Shown here: positions 63,087 through 64,000 of the stretch, one piece after another
Layout: each line of letters begins with the position of its first letter
How positions within the stretch are numbered: position 1 is the stretch's first letter
DNA from: Vicinamibacterales bacterium
Lineage (GTDB): Bacteria > Acidobacteriota > Vicinamibacteria > Vicinamibacterales > UBA8438
Length of the DNA: 64,000 bases
Assembly: GCA_965203525.1 (NCBI GenBank)
Contig: OZ241898.1
Span: forward strand, 4,185,621-4,249,620
Reading direction: 5' to 3'
Notes under the pieces: model-generated
Told to the model about the DNA's origin: nothing
The model's input: the letters and a program-made list of their open reading frames with translations, nothing else
The model's database searches: none
Position numbers and translations under genes: made by a program

Positions 63087-63407
63087 TCACGGGACGCTGG
63101 TGGCGTTGACGTACACAGCAAACAATGCTGCCCAGCCGGCCGTGAGGCAGGCGATAGAGATCGCCGCGTTGTACGCGAGTTTCGCCGCCTCTGACGGTTC
63201 CTGTCCTTCCTGTTCCAGCTTGCCGAGTCTGTAGAGAATCCGAATCGAAGATGCCGCGCCGGCGAGAACACAGAAGATCGCCATCGGCGGCGCGCCTTCG
63301 CCGGCCAGCGGAAACAGTGACACCCCGATCAGGAACACCACGAATCCGCATGCGCCGCGCCACGTGTCGAGGAATGCGAGCGGGCCACGTTCGTATCTGA
63401 TCTTCAT
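63087..63407 (-). CDS. Small polytopic membrane protein, hypothetical
   Basis: C-terminal part of track ORF 63087..63746. Starts MKIRYERGPLAFLD at ATG 63407 (alternative ATG 63479). Has three hydrophobic helices on a lower-G+C patch. Confidence 0.45.
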   Translation of the reverse strand: MKIRYERGPLAFLDTWRGACGFVVFLIGVSLFPLAGEGAPPMAIFCVLAGAASSIRILYRLGKLEQEGQEPSEAAKLAYNAAISIACLTAGWAALFAVYVNATSVP

Positions 63408-63511
63408 CTGACCCCACTTGAAGATTCGTATTGCGCGCTCTGTCACGCGGCGCTTGCATGACCACGTGGAACGTGGCATGGCGAAGAACGGCGGCAGTCC
63501 GCGCCGGCCGG

Positions 63512-64000
63512 TCAGCGCACCGTCACGTCGACGAAACCCGTCGTCCAGCAGCACTGGTCGCCGCCGCCGCCGTTGCCGGAGACGTCGTTGGCGGTGACCA
63601 TCAGCCGGTAGTCGCCCGGTTCCGCGAAGGTCGCGAAGGTGCGGGTTTCGCCGCCGGCCAGGTCCGCGAACTCGTGGCGCCCGCTCCCGCCGTCCTCGTT
63701 CCCGGTCTCGAAGACCACCTCGGCGGGTCCCCGGTAGAGGCGCCACGTGAGCGTCAGCGGCGGCCGCGGGCGGCCGCGCCGGCGTGGGGGCGGCGGGTTG
63801 GTCAGCGGCTCGTCGCGCGCCGCGGCCCGCAGCTCGATGGTCTCGCCGACCGCCGCGGCGTACGTGGCCGAGCCCCCCGTCACCGGCGGTCCCTGCAGCT
63901 CCGGGCCGTCGCCCACCCGCAGCCGCGGCGGCGTGTTGCCGTTCGCGCGGTTCAGGAACGGGTCGACGAAGTAGGGCGGATTCAGCCAGAACGAGACCTC
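63512..64000 (-). CDS. Secreted protein with C-terminal Ig/PKD-like beta domain; gene runs off the right edge
   Basis: The frame is open from 64000 to the stop at 63512 (EVSFWLNPPYFVDPFLNRANG...GDYRLMVTANDVSGNGGGGDQCCWTTGFVDVTVR). The track lists only the internal 134-aa part. Confidence 0.5.
   Translation of the reverse strand, partial: EVSFWLNPPYFVDPFLNRANGNTPPRLRVGDGPELQGPPVTGGSATYAAAVGETIELRAAARDEPLTNPPPPRRRGRPRPPLTLTWRLYRGPAEVVFETGNEDGGSGRHEFADLAGGETRTFATFAEPGDYRLMVTANDVSGNGGGGDQCCWTTGFVDVTVR

Overview
High-G+C (about 70% by eye, not computed) bacterial chromosomal fragment. Two ADOP-type duplicated MacB/FtsX permeases suggest an Acidobacteriota-like origin (inference). No rRNA, tRNA or CRISPR array was seen.

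**1-33.1 kb, mostly ordinary genes:** an edge-truncated PQQ-dependent dehydrogenase, a MoxR-DUF58-VWA (Bat-like) operon, an HpaB-family enzyme and a TonB-dependent receptor. Then a complete pqqABCDE operon (the 24-codon pqqA is missing from the ORF track), a MATE exporter, an M20 peptidase, an SDR and MtgA. Then a protein with three DUF4351 modules, a BON/beta-barrel lipoprotein, MlaEFD, an ADOP permease, cytochrome P460, and a DtxR-FeoA fusion with FeoB.

**33.2-53.35 kb, a mobile/defence island in visible decay:**
- a tyrosine recombinase with a nearby 12-bp inverted-repeat pair
- a Cys-rich secreted peptide plus membrane protein plus HlyD adaptor module, present twice, with the second copy frameshifted
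- IS3, IS256 and IS21 debris and one apparently complete IS3
- the tail of a DUF499 (BrxC/PglY-like) ATPase cut off by that IS3
- an AAA ATPase plus S8 protease pair (ietAS-like), with the protease carrying a frameshift and an in-frame stop
- an MNT-HEPN fusion
- McrBC preceded by a divergent, decayed second mcrB 5' cassette

**53.3-64 kb:** a HIBADH-family dehydrogenase, three paralogous secreted proteins of unknown family, DUF6152, a membrane-anchored NKRFDD heptad-repeat protein, a Tat-signal CMD protein, a second ADOP permease, a Sel1 lipoprotein and an edge-truncated secreted protein.

**Most unusual global signal:** short (mostly 56-103 bp) imperfect tandem duplications at about 20 loci. 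Most sit in intergenic regions and several copy a gene start or stop; some lie in frame inside genes.

**Second signal:** a 160-390 bp hairpin-containing repeat in three copies. Two of them form an inverted pair around a 4.2-kb mosaic segment.
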